Below, one piece after another: positions 25,659 through 38,377 of a stretch of 64,000 nucleotides of DNA. This stretch comes from Amphiscolops sp. MND2022. Its lineage: Eukaryota. The first letter of the stretch is position 1, and each line of letters starts with the position of its first letter. The position numbers were made by a program, and so were the translations under genes. The stretch spans positions 72,356,001 through 72,420,000 of the forward strand of contig OZ076409.1 in NCBI GenBank assembly GCA_964187785.1, read 5' to 3'. The notes beneath the pieces were generated by a model, which was not told where the DNA came from, made no database searches, and saw only the letters and a program-made list of their open reading frames with translations.

Positions 25659-27643
25659 GTGGGCGGGGGTAATTCCCCAACAAAAATTACGGCCGGCGGG
25701 TTGGGTCCTGCCGGACGTCAAATAGCAAAGAATATCTAGTAGGAAACGGCGACACAGAATCGCGATTTTTAAATCTAACCACAATTTTTTGGACTTGGAG
25801 TGCATGCGGCCCTGAAATGCCCATACGAATCGAAGTTCCTGCTGACATTAAGCGATTGAAATAATATATAAAAAGTTATGGCCCATTTTTCACTCACAAA
25901 GAAGGGTAAAATGAGGAAATTTTTAACAAAGTCGCTGATAACTCAAAATGTGTTAATTTTTGGACATTGACTGTGAAACAAGCTCGGAACCTTCATTTCG
26001 TGGCTGTGGCATTGCACTGAACACAAAAGATGTAAAGTTTTTACATTTTTTGAAAATTCGAAACTTTTGAAATTTTTTTCACTACTATCAGTACCCCATA
26101 TGTCAAAAACGCCTCAGAAAAAATTTTTTATTTGCTTTAAATTGGAAACCTTGGTATCCATGGTTTCTGTCGGATCCTACTCGCAGTCAAACACCCAACA
26201 GTTTGCATCCAATGTGGAAATAAAAATTTTTTCGGGGTCATAAGCGTTTCACAAGGATTTCTCAACTTAGTTTCAATTTACAAATTGGTCACATTGAACA
26301 CATTATTTTCATCGAAGCGCGTCAGATACCGCCCTAAAGCTCACGAACGGTCCTACTGGCAACGTAGCAACCATTTATAGTAATATAAAAGATTAAAAAA
26401 ATTTTTTCACCCGGTCTTCAGTCATTTTTCAGTCATTCGGAACTTAACTTAGAAAAATTTCGACCAAAATACCCATTTTTTGTCAGGTCGAAAAATCAAA
26501 TTCAGATTTTTAGGCAAAATTATTAACTCTGACGTAACTCATGGGGCCCATGATACTCAAAACAACGATTGACACTGGTATCAATGGCTCCAATAACATA
26601 TGAGTCGCGATCGGACGTTATTTTGAGCAATACGTCTCAATTGAGGTAAAGATCTCGCAAGCCAGCGATCACTGTCAAATGTGATTTCATCAAAAATTTA
26701 CTCATTTTTGTCAATCATTATGTGCACAGAATGCGTAGGGTGCGTTTCAGCACTATAATGAGATTTTTGAATGCATCGAGTTGCTCAAGGGGTGGTACGA
26801 GTCATTTTTGTCCCATATACTACTGTATTTTCCAAAATTTTTAGCCCAATATCTGGAAATACAAACTTGACAAAATACTTTCAACTACTTTATTCAAAGG
26901 TTACAATATAGATGAACACTGTGGTTGATCAGAAACTTTCATCTCTTTCGTTTTCCGAAATATTTTCCTTCGCATGTGTTATATTTGTATCAGAAAAAAA
27001 ATCGAAACTAAAAAATACGCTATTTTGCTAATATAGAATCGCAACGATTGTGCCTAAAAACTCTTTAAACACTTCTAACGCGACTTTACGCACCCAAAAT
27101 GATCGAAAATGCTATTCACAATGGTGACATGTGCTCTTTCAACGATCCTGGTTGGACAAGGTTTGCATATTTTTCAAGTACCTGTCAGCTGAATCTTGTG
27201 ATAGCCTTTTAAGTTGGCCTTGTGTCAACTTGGGAAGGCTATCACATCAAACAACCATCAACAAAAATAATTTTTGTTTATTGGATATTACAGTTGATAC
27301 CTTATTTCGTGATTCTATACTACCGTTAGTATATTCCATGAGGTCACCTTACGATTGCATTCAGACTTTGATGAAAACCTATGAACTCAAAGTCACATTT
27401 ATATATTTTTTGCCCAAAAAAATCATCAAAAACATCTAATACATATAAAATTGAGTCTTTAACTTTTTTACGTTTCAAGTTTCTGCCGTTATTAGGCCAA
27501 TCAACTTCCTACAGCCACGCTCTCTGTCATACTGTACAACGCCACATAGTGTTGCGACGTGCACGGTCTGTGGGCATGCCGAGGCATGCCCTTCGACGAC
27601 GTATGCCGAATACCGCGGGCCTACGCCCGCGCTCCCCGGCTAG
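25659..27643 (+). mobile_element. Unit 12, family A (1985 bp)
   Basis: Standard termini and family A body. Confidence 0.78.
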
Positions 27644-29630
27644 GTGGGCGGGGGTAATTCCCCAACAAAAATTACGGCCGGCGGGTTGGGTCCTGCCGGA
27701 CGTCAAATAGCAAAGAATATCTAGTAGGAAACGGCGACACAGAATCGCGATTTTTAAATCTAACCACAATTTTTTGGACTTGGAGTGCATGCGGCCCTGA
27801 AATGCCCAGACGAATCGAAGTTCCTGCTGACGTTAAGCGATTGAAATAATATATAAAAAGTTATGGCCCATTTTCCACTCACATAGAAGGGTAAAATGAG
27901 GAAATTTTTAACAAAGTCGCTGATAACTCAAAATGTGTTAATTTTTGGACATTGACTGTGAAACAAGCTCGGAACCTTCATTTCGTGGCTGTGGCATTGC
28001 ACTGAACACAAAAGATGTAAAGTTTTTACATTTTTTGAAAATTCGAAATTTTTGAAATTTTTTTCACTACTATCAGTACCCCATATGTCAAAAACGCCTC
28101 AGAAAAAATTTTTTTTTTGCTTTAAATTGGAAACCTTGGTATCCATGGTTTCTGTCGGAACCTACTCGCAGCCAAACACTCAACAGTTTGCATCCAATGT
28201 GAAATTAATTTTTTTTTCGGGGTCATAAGCGTTTCACAAGGATTTCTCAACTTAGTATTATTTTACAAAATGGTCATTTTGAACACAATATTTTCATCGA
28301 GGCTTGTCGGCTATAGCCTTAATGTTCTAGAACGGTCCCACTGGCAACGTAGGAACCATTTATAGTAATGGAAAGTAATAAAAAAATATTTTCACCCGGT
28401 CTTCAGTCATTTTTCAGTCATTCGGAACTTAACTTAGAAAAATTTCGACCAAAATACCCATTTTTTGTCAGGTCGAAAATTCAAATTCAGATTTTTAAGC
28501 AAAATTATTAACTCTGACGTAACCCATGGGGCCCATGATACTCAAAACAACGATTGACACTGGTATCAATGGCTCCAATAACATATAAGTCGCGATAAGA
28601 CGTTATTTTGAGCATTACGTCTCAATTGAGGTAAAGATCTCGCAAGCCAGCGATCACTGTGAAATGTGATTTCATCAAAAATTTACTCTTTTTTGTCAAT
28701 CACTATGTGCACAGAATGCGTAGGGTGCGTTTCAGCACTATAATGAGGTTTTTGAATGCATCGAGTTGCTCAAGGGGTGGTATGAGACATTTTTGTCCCA
28801 TATACTACTGTAGTTTCCAAAATTTTTACCCCAATATCTGGAAATACAAACTTGACAAAATACTTTCAACTACTTTATTCAAAGGTTACAATATAGATGA
28901 ACACTGTGGTTGATAAGAAACTTTCATCTCTTTCGTTAACGGAAATATTTCCGTTCGCATGTGTTACATTCATAGCAGAAAAAAAAATCGAAACTGAAAA
29001 ATACGCTATTTTGCTGATATAGAATCGCAATGATTGTGCCTAAAAACTCTTTAAACACTTCTAACGCAACCTTACGCACCCAAAATGATCAAAAATGCTA
29101 TTCACAATGGTGACATGTGCTCTTTCTACGATCCTGGCTGGACAAGGTTTGCATATTTTTCAAGTACCTGTCAGCTAAATCTTGTGATAGCCTTTTCAGT
29201 TGGCCTTGTGTCAACTTGGGAAGGCTATCACATCAAAAAACCATCAACAAAAATAATTTTTGTTTATTGGATCTTACAGTCGATACTTTTTTTCGTGATT
29301 CTATACTACCGTTAGTATATTTCATCAGGTCACCTTACGATTGCATTCAGTCTTTGATAAAAACCTATGAACTCAAAGTCACATTTTTATATTTTTTTGC
29401 CAAAAAAAAACATCAAAAAAATCTAAAATATATAAAATAGAGTCTTTAACATTTTTACATTTCAAGTTTTTGCCGTTATTAGGCCAATCAACGTCCTAGA
29501 GCCACATTCTGCCACATACTGTACAACGCCACATAGTGTTGCGACGTGCACAGTCTGTGGGCATGCCGAGGCATGCCCTTCGACGACGTATGCCGAATAC
29601 CGCGGGCCTACGCCCGCGCTCCCCGGCTAG
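27644..29630 (+). mobile_element. Unit 13, family A (1987 bp)
   Basis: 5' part resembles unit 12; 3' part resembles units 2 and 7. Confidence 0.78.
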
Positions 29631-31619
29631 GTGGGCGGGGGTAATTCCCCAACAAAAAAATCGGCCGGCGGGTCGGGTCCTGCCGGCCGTCCAAAATCAA
29701 AATCCTCCTAGTAGAAAACGGCATGTCAAACGAGCTATTTTTTTATTTAACCATACGAATTTCACCATTTTTTGCATGCGGCCCTGAAATGGCCATACGA
29801 GACGAAGTTCCTGCTGACGTTTTGCGATGTAAATGTTTTATAAAAAGTTATGGCCGATTTGTCATTCACCTAGAAGGGTAAAATGAGGAAATTTTTAACA
29901 AAGTCGCTGATAACTCAAATTGTGTTAATTTTTGGACTTTGACTGTGAAACAAGCTTGGAACCTTCATTTCGTGGCTGGGGCATTGGACTGAACACAAAA
30001 GATGTAAAGTTTTTACGTTTTTTGAAAATTCGACATTTTTGAAATTTTTTTCACTACTATCAGTACCCCATATGTCAAAAACACCTCAGAAAAAAATTTT
30101 TATTTGCTTTAAATTGGAAACCTTGGTATCCATGGTTTCTGTCGGAACCTACTCGCAGCCAAACACCCAACAGTTTGCATCCAATGTGAAAATAAAAATT
30201 TTTTCGGGGTCATAAGCGTTTCACAAGGATTTCTCAACTTAGTATTAATTTACAAAATGGTCATTTTGAACATAATATTTTCATCGAGGCTTGTCGGCTA
30301 TAGCCTTAATGTTCTAGAACGGTCCCACTGGCAACGTAGCAACCATTTATAGTAATATAAAAGGTTAAAAAAATTTTTTCACCCGGTCTTCAGTCATTTT
30401 TCAGACATTCGGAACATAACTTAGAAAATTTTCGACCCAAATACCCATTTTTTGTCAGGTCGAAAATTAAAATTCAGCTATTAAAGCAAAATTATTTACT
30501 CTGACGTAACCAGTGGGGCCCATGATACTCAAAAACACCATTGGCACTGGTACCAATGGCTCCAATAACATATGAGTCGCGATAAGACGTTATTTTGAGC
30601 AATACGTCTCAATTGAGGTAAAGATCTCGCAAGCCAGCGATCACTGTGATATGTGATTTCATCAAAAATTTACTCATTTTTGTCAATAACTATGTGCACA
30701 GAGTGCGTAGGGTGAGTTCCAGCACTTTAATGAGGTTTTTGAAGGCATCGGGTTGCTCAAGGGGTGGTATGAGACATTTTTTTCCTATATACTACTGTGT
30801 TTTCCAAAACTTGTAGCCCATTATCAGGAAAAAATAATTTGACAAAATACTTTCAACTACTTTATTCAAAGGTTACAATATAGATGAACACTGTGGTTGA
30901 TCAGAAACTTTCATCTCTTTCGTTTTCCGAAATAATTCCCTTCGAATGTGTTACATTTGTAGCCGGAAAAAAAACCGAAACTAAAAATTACGCGATTTTG
31001 CTGAGATAGAACCGGGATAATTGTGTCTAAATACTCTTTAAATACTTCTAACGCGACCTTACGGACCCAAAAGGATTAAAAATGCCACTCACAATGCTGA
31101 CATGTGCTCTTTCGACGATCCTGGCTGGACAAGTTTTGCAAATTTTTCAAGTACCTGTTAACTGAATTTTGTGATAGCCTTTTAAGTTGGCCTTGTGTCA
31201 ACTTGGGAAGGCTATCACATCAAAAAACTTTCAACAAAAATACTTTTTGTTTATTGGATATTGCTGTCGATACCTTTTTTTGTGATTCTATACTACCGTT
31301 AGTATATTCCATCAGGTCACCAGACGATTGTATTCAGTATTTGATAAAAACTTAAGAACTCGAAGTCTTTTTCATATGTTTTTTGTTCGAAAAAATTATC
31401 AAAAAAATTTATATTATAAACAATTGAGTCTTTAACTTTTTTATGTCCCAATTTTCCAGTGTTATTAGGCTCATCAACTTCCTACTGCCACATCCAGACA
31501 TTAGTACAACGCCACAAAGTGTTGCGACGTCCACCGTCTGTGGGCATGCCGAGGCATGCCCTTCGACGACGTATGCCAAAAATAGCGCCCTCCGCGGTCA
31601 CTACCGCGGTAGCAGCTAG
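29631..31619 (+). mobile_element. Unit 14, family A (1989 bp)
   Basis: 5' ~1 kb resembles unit 11. Terminal hairpin CCGCGGT-CACT-ACCGCGG. Confidence 0.78.
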
Positions 31620-34600
31620 GTGGGCGGGGGTAATTCCCCAACAAAAAAATCGGCCGGCGGGTCGGGTCCTGCCGGCCGTCCAAAATCAAAATTATACTAG
31701 TAGAAAACGGCCGGTCAAACGAGCTATTTTTTTATTTAACCGTTAGAATTTGGGTTTAGATTGCATGCGGCCATGAAATGGCCATACGAATGGAAGTTCC
31801 TGCTGACGTTTTGCGATTGAAACACTTTATAAAAAGTTATGGCCAATTTGTCATTCACCTAGAAGGGCAAAATGAGGAAAATTTTAACAAAGTCACTGAT
31901 AACTCAAAATGTAATAATTTTTGGACTTTGACAGTGAAACAAGCTTGGAACTGTCATTTCGTGGCTGTGGCATTGCACTGAACACAAAAGATGTAAAGTT
32001 TTCACATTTTTTGAAAATTCGACATTTTTGAATTTTTTTTCACTACTATCAGTACACTATATGTCAAAAACGCCTCTGAAAAAAATTTTTATTTGCTTAA
32101 AATTAGAAACCTTGGTATCCATGGTTTCCGTCAGTACCTACTCGCTGCCAAACGCTCAACAGTTTGCATTCAATGTGAAAATATATTTTTTTTCGAGGTC
32201 ATAGGTGTTTCACAAGGATTTCTCAACTTAGTATCTATTTACAAATTGGTCATTTTGAACACATTATTTTCATCGAAGCGTGTCAGATACCACCCTAATG
32301 CTCACGAATGGGCCTACTGGCAACGTTGGAACCATTTTTAGTAATAGAAAGTATTAAAAAAATATTTTCACCCGGTCTTCAGTCATTTTTCAGACATTCG
32401 GTACTTAACTTAGAAAAATTTCGCATCAAAAACCCATATTTGGTAGGGTCGAAATTTGAAATTCAGTTTTTTATGCAAAATTATTAACTCTGACGTAACC
32501 AGTGGAGCCCATGATACTCAAAAACACGATTGGGACTGGTATCAGTGGCTCCAATAACATATGAGCCGCGATAAGACGTTATTCAGAGCAAACGCTCTAA
32601 ATCGAAGTAAACATCTCTGAAGCCTGGGATCACAGTGAAATGTGATATCACCAAAAGTTTACTCTTTTTTGTCAATCACTATGTACACAGAGTGCGTAGG
32701 GTGAGTTTCAGGACTATAATGAGGTTTTTGAAGTAATCGCGCTGCTCAAGGGGTGGTATGAGACTATTTTTTCCCATATACTACTACATTTCCATAAATT
32801 TGCAGTCCATTGTCTTGGAAAGATAACTTCACAAAAACAATTTTTCTACTCTATTCAGTTATTAGAATAAAGTTGAACACTGTGGTTGATCAGAAATGCT
32901 CAATTCTTTTGGTTTTTAAAAAAATTCCTTCGCATTCGTTACATTTGTGGAAGGAAGGTTATCAGTAGCTCCAAAAAAAAAACGAAATTTAGCACGAACA
33001 GACATGCAACGATGCAAAGCAAAAACGTTTTTACAACTTCCGACGTCATTATTTTACCCAAGAAGTTCGAAAATATCATTCGCAATGCTGTCATTCGCTA
33101 TATATACGATCGCGGTCAATTTACAAACATTTAGATTTCATTGTTCTGCTTGAAAACCAATTTTTGTCAGGTCGAAATTTTAAATTTTGCCTGGGGAGCA
33201 ATACCCTTCACGCTGAAGTAAACAGTGGGGCCCAAGTTACTCAAAAACAAGAAAGAGACTGCTACAATATGTCCTAATAACATATGGACCACGATAGTAC
33301 GTTTTTCACACAAAAAACTCTCATCCGAAGTAAATATGTTGAAAGCTTTTAATCACCGTGAGAAGTGATTTCATCAAAAAATAACTCTTTTTTGTCAATC
33401 ACTATTTACACAGAACTTGTAAAGTTAGTTTGAGTCATGAAATGAGGCTTTACCGTAATATGGGTTGCTCAAGGTGTTATATAAGACAAAAACTTCCTCT
33501 TTTCTACTAGCTTCTTCAAATATTTCAACCCTTTGTCACAATAAGTTAATATTCAAAATCTCTTTGAAATGTATCTTTATGTTGGGGTGAAGTCTAAGAA
33601 CAATAACTATGATCGAAGAATGCTAGTACTGGTGTTTGAACCATGTCCGGATGAACAAATCACAAAATCATCAAAAAATTGTTCCCTTTTTTGGTTATTT
33701 TGGCAGTACTAAAAATGTTAGCCGATAAATAATTTTTTCGATGGCACCATTGGATTCCTCTCAAAAAGTTGGTTATATGACCTGTGTAATAACCCCGTAT
33801 CTTTTCAATTTAAATATATTTAAAAAGCCAACTATTTTGACCAAAATCCTAAAAATCATACCATTTCCTAAAAATTTTCAAATGCACCCCATTTGACGTA
33901 TAAGATAAGCACAGAAAACTATCATATACCGATCAACTCTACTCCTATTGTAGATTATTAGAATTTTGTTTAGAATGAATTTTGATGAATATTAAAAAAA
34001 TTTTGAATCCTCCAAAAATGGGCCAAAATTACACGAAAAAATTGACCTTAAAATACCAAAATGTCAAAAAATCATCAAAACCCAGGCTTCTTGGGGTTCT
34101 ATCAACTCCGCGTGGTCCACAGAGTATGCTAAAACAGGTTTTACCCGTTTTTGAGCAATATGTGAAAAAGCCGACATTTTTGGGAAAGAAAAACATACCA
34201 TTTCCTAAAGAAATTCAAATGCACGTCATTTGCCGTATTAGAATAGCACAGAAAACTATCACATACCAATCAACTCTACTTTCATTGCAGATGAACAGAA
34301 TTTTGTTTAGAATAAATTTTACCGGATAATAAAAAAATTTGAATCCTTCAAAAATGGGCCAAAAATACACGAAAAAATGGACCTTAAAAATTTAAAATGT
34401 CAAAAAATCATCAAAACAACAGCTTCTTGGGGTTCTATCAACTCCACGAGGTCCACAGAGTATGCTAAAACAGGTTTTACCCGTTTTTGAGCAATATGTG
34501 AAAAAGCCGACATTTTTGGGAAAGAAAAACATACCATTTCCTTAAAAAATTCAAATGCACGCCATTTGCCGTATGAAAATAGCACAGAAAACTATCACAT

Positions 34601-36383
34601 ACCAATCAACTCTACTTTCATTGCAGATGAACAGAATTTTGTTTAGAATAAACTTTACCGGATAATAAAAAAATTTGATTCCTTCTAAAATGGGCCAAAA
34701 TTACACGAAAAAATGGACCTTAAAATTTTAAAATGTCAAAAAATCATCAAAACCACGGCTTCTTGGGGTTCTATCAACTCCACGTGGTCCACAGAGTATG
34801 CTTAACCCGGTTTTACCCATCTTTGAGCAAAATGTGAAAATACCGACATTTTTGGAAAAGAAAAACATGCCATTTTCTAATAAATTTCAAATGCACGCCA
34901 TTTGCTGTATGAGAATTACACAGAAAGCTGTCACATACCGATCAACTCTACTTCCATTGTAGATTATCAGAAGTTTGTTTAGAATAAATTTTGAAGGATA
35001 ATAAAAAAATTTGAATCCATCAAAAATGGGCCAAAATTACACGAAAAAATTGACCTTAAAATATCAAAATGTCAAAAAATCATCAAAACCACAATTTCTT
35101 GGCGTTCTATCAACTCCATATGATACCAAACCAGGTACTGCCAATCGTTTGAGTTATAATAAAAAAAACGTCTTTTTTGGCAAGAATTCCATACCATAAA
35201 TAATAATCATGTTCCATATAAGAAGCGAATCATTTCAGATATATACCCTGTTCATTTTTTTAATATTACCGATTATTAATTTAATAGATGTTTTGAATGT
35301 GAGCTTCCTAAAAGGTTCAGGTGTGATGATACGTAAATAGAACCTTAGTTTCATCGAAATCTCAATTGAATATGTCCAATCTTAACCATCAGATAACAAG
35401 AAACACTTAAGTACATTCCATCTCCCCATCGGGGGAGATGAGAATGTACTTTCGAGAAGCCAAATACGTCCAACATTCAAACTTTTGTAACTTTGTATGT
35501 AACTCCTGAAACGAAGAAGGAATAAAATTGTTTCTGGTACATACATGAGTCTTTACTTCAGCTTCTATTTCTGCTGAACAAAACCATTCGACTCTTTTGC
35601 CGGAGTTAAGATCGATTGTATTACCCAGTGAACAAAGGCATGACTGAAAACGTTTACTACTTTGTTCATAATTTTCCGGCCTTCCGAAATGATGAAACGT
35701 CCACATAACTAAGATAGCAAGTGAATGACTGCGAAATGCACCTTATTAGATGAGGTAAATAACGTGTAAAACTCTCCTTTATCCTAACATGAGGTTGAGT
35801 AATGATCATTTGAGAATAGTTTGATATGTGAATACAATAGTATAAAACAAGTACATTTTATATGAATAACGCCGTGGAAAGCGTTCAGAAAGGACAGTAG
35901 GCTTGTTTGGAACATGTATGTGTGGTGTCCCTTGGTGGCGTTCGCTTAGTGTATATGTCGAGGGGTATTCGAGTTGTTATGATAGAATTTACACACAAGT
36001 CTTTTGTTTTTTGGTTTTTTTCAAATGTCGTTAAGTACCTGCATTCTATCCCCTTCTCAGAGATGACGTGAAGTTACGTTTGCTAAATAAATGTCATCGA
36101 AAGATCACACTCCCGACGAAATTAACTATCTTAACACGTGTTTAGAATTTTAAATAAACAACCGTTTAAGATGTTTATATTTCATTGAGTTTGATGAAGT
36201 CTTTTGTTCTTCTCACTACTATTTCAACCAATACACATTTCCGTTACCATATCACATGTCTCCATTAGTACAACGCCACATAGCGTTCCGACGCCCACAG
36301 TCTGTGGGCATGCCGAGGCATGCCCTTCGACGACGTATGGCAAATGGAGCCATGCCCGCCGTCTTTACGGCGGTAGCGGCTAG
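31620..36383 (+). mobile_element. Unit 15, family L (4764 bp)
   Basis: Near-identical to unit 5 after the first ~0.6 kb. GTACATTC hairpin at 35409-35451. Confidence 0.78.
33858..35125 (+). repeat. Internal ~336-bp tandem repeat
   Basis: Same repeat as 9131-10405. Ends are approximate. Confidence 0.88.
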
Positions 36384-38377
36384 GTGGGCGGTAGGTTTCC
36401 CGTAGTCAAAAAAAAATTGCAGGCCGGGGTAGGGGCCCTGGCCGAGGCAAAATACCATAGAAAAGGTACCAAATTATGTGAGTTTAGAAAATTGAGCCAT
36501 ACAAATTCTCTGAAAATTGCTGTGTGTACCCTATCGCCCAATCTAAGAACTTTTTCCTGCTGACGTTTTGCCCTCCAAATGTTACTAATATGCATTTTTG
36601 AAAAAATTATCTCTGGTTTTTCATCAAAATTAGTGATTTTGGCAATTTTTGTGAAATATCTCTGATTGCATTAATTTTTGGACGTTGACTGTGAAACAAG
36701 CTCGGAACCATCATTTCGTGACCATAGCAATGCACTAAACACAAAAGATGTAGAGTTTTTAAATTTTTTGAAAATTTGACATTTTTAAATTTTTTTCACT
36801 ACTATCAGTACCATATATGTCAAAATAACCTCAGAAAAATTTTTTTATTTTATTTAATTTAGAATCCTTGCTATCCATGGTTTCTGTTAGTATCTACTCG
36901 CTGCCAGAGACTCAACAGTTAGCATCGAATCTGAAATTAAAAATTTTTTCGAGGTCATAGGTGTTTCACAAGGATTTCACAACATAGTCTTGTTTTACAA
37001 ATAGGTCATTTACAACATCATATTTTCATCGAGGCATGTCGGATATAGTCTTATTGCTCACGAACGGTCCTACTGGCAACGTAATAACCATTTATAGAAA
37101 TATAAAGTTTTAAAAAAATCTTTTCACCCGTTCTTCAGACATTTTTCAGACATTCGGAACTTAACTTAGAAAAATTTCGTCTCAAAAACCCATTTTTCGT
37201 CAGGTCGAAATTTGAAATTCAGCTTTTGAAGCACAAATATGCACTCTGACGTAACCAGTAGGGCCAATGATACTCAACAACACCATTGAGACTGGTATCA
37301 GTCGCTCCAAAAACATATGAGCCGTGATAAGACGTTTTTTCAACAATACTGTTCAATTGATGTAAACATCGCGGAAGCCTTGGATTACAGTGAAAGTTGA
37401 TTTGAACAAAAATTTACTCTTTTTTGTCAATCACTATGTAGACAGAATGCGTAGGGTAAGTTTCAGCACTAATATGAAGATTTTGAAGGAATCGGGTTGC
37501 TCAAGGCGTGGTATGAGACACTTTTTTCTCATATACTAGTGTTTTTCAAAACCTTTTCGTTAAATATTTCGAAAAGCAAACATTAAAAAATACTTTCTGA
37601 TATCTAATTTAATTCCTAGAATATAAATGAATCATGAGGTTGATCAGAAACTCTCTACTTTAATGTTTCCAGAAAAAAATCCCTTCCCATGTTTTATATC
37701 TGTAGCAGTAAAAAAAAGAAGACGCTAAAAAATACGCTATTTTGCTAAGATTGAATTGCAATTGTTTAGCTTTAAAACTCTTTTAATACTTCTAACGCCA
37801 CCTTAAGGACTCAAGATGATTGAAAATGTCAATCACAATGCTGACATGTAGTCTTTCTACGATCCTGGCTGGACAGATTTTGATTATTTTTCAAGTACCT
37901 GTTAACTGAATCTCGTGATAGCCTTCTAAGTTGACCTTCTGCGTCAACTTGAGAAGGCTATCACTAAAATAAACTAAATTCTGATTTGTTTGTTTGTTCC
38001 TAACGTCTTTTGGTACGATCGTCTTACGGTTAGTTGGTTAAACTAGGTCGCTTACACTTCCACAATTTTCGACCACCGTCCGTGTATTCGGTTCACACGA
38101 CTTTACATTTTCAGTCGTTTGTTTTCGATAACTATCACAATGTACTGCAATTAGCGCAAAATTCATACTAGTACTTGGTTGGTTGAAATACTTAAACAAC
38201 TGTTTCCATAGTTATTCGCGGTGATGGTACAATCCGCGCGCCTACATACCTACGGCGTCTTGTCACTACAACGCCACATAGGGAAACAAGGCCCATAGTC
38301 CGTAGGCATGCCGAGGCATGCCTTTCGACGACGCGCGCCAAATCTATGCGCGCCCGCACTTGTGCGGTAGCTGCTAG
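36384..38377 (+). mobile_element. Unit 16, divergent family A member (1994 bp)
   Basis: Central body is A-like, but the 5' and 3' flanks are distinct. Hairpin at 37915-37964, A/T variant palindrome at 38304-38323, terminal hairpin CCGCAC-TT-GTGCGG. Confidence 0.75.
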
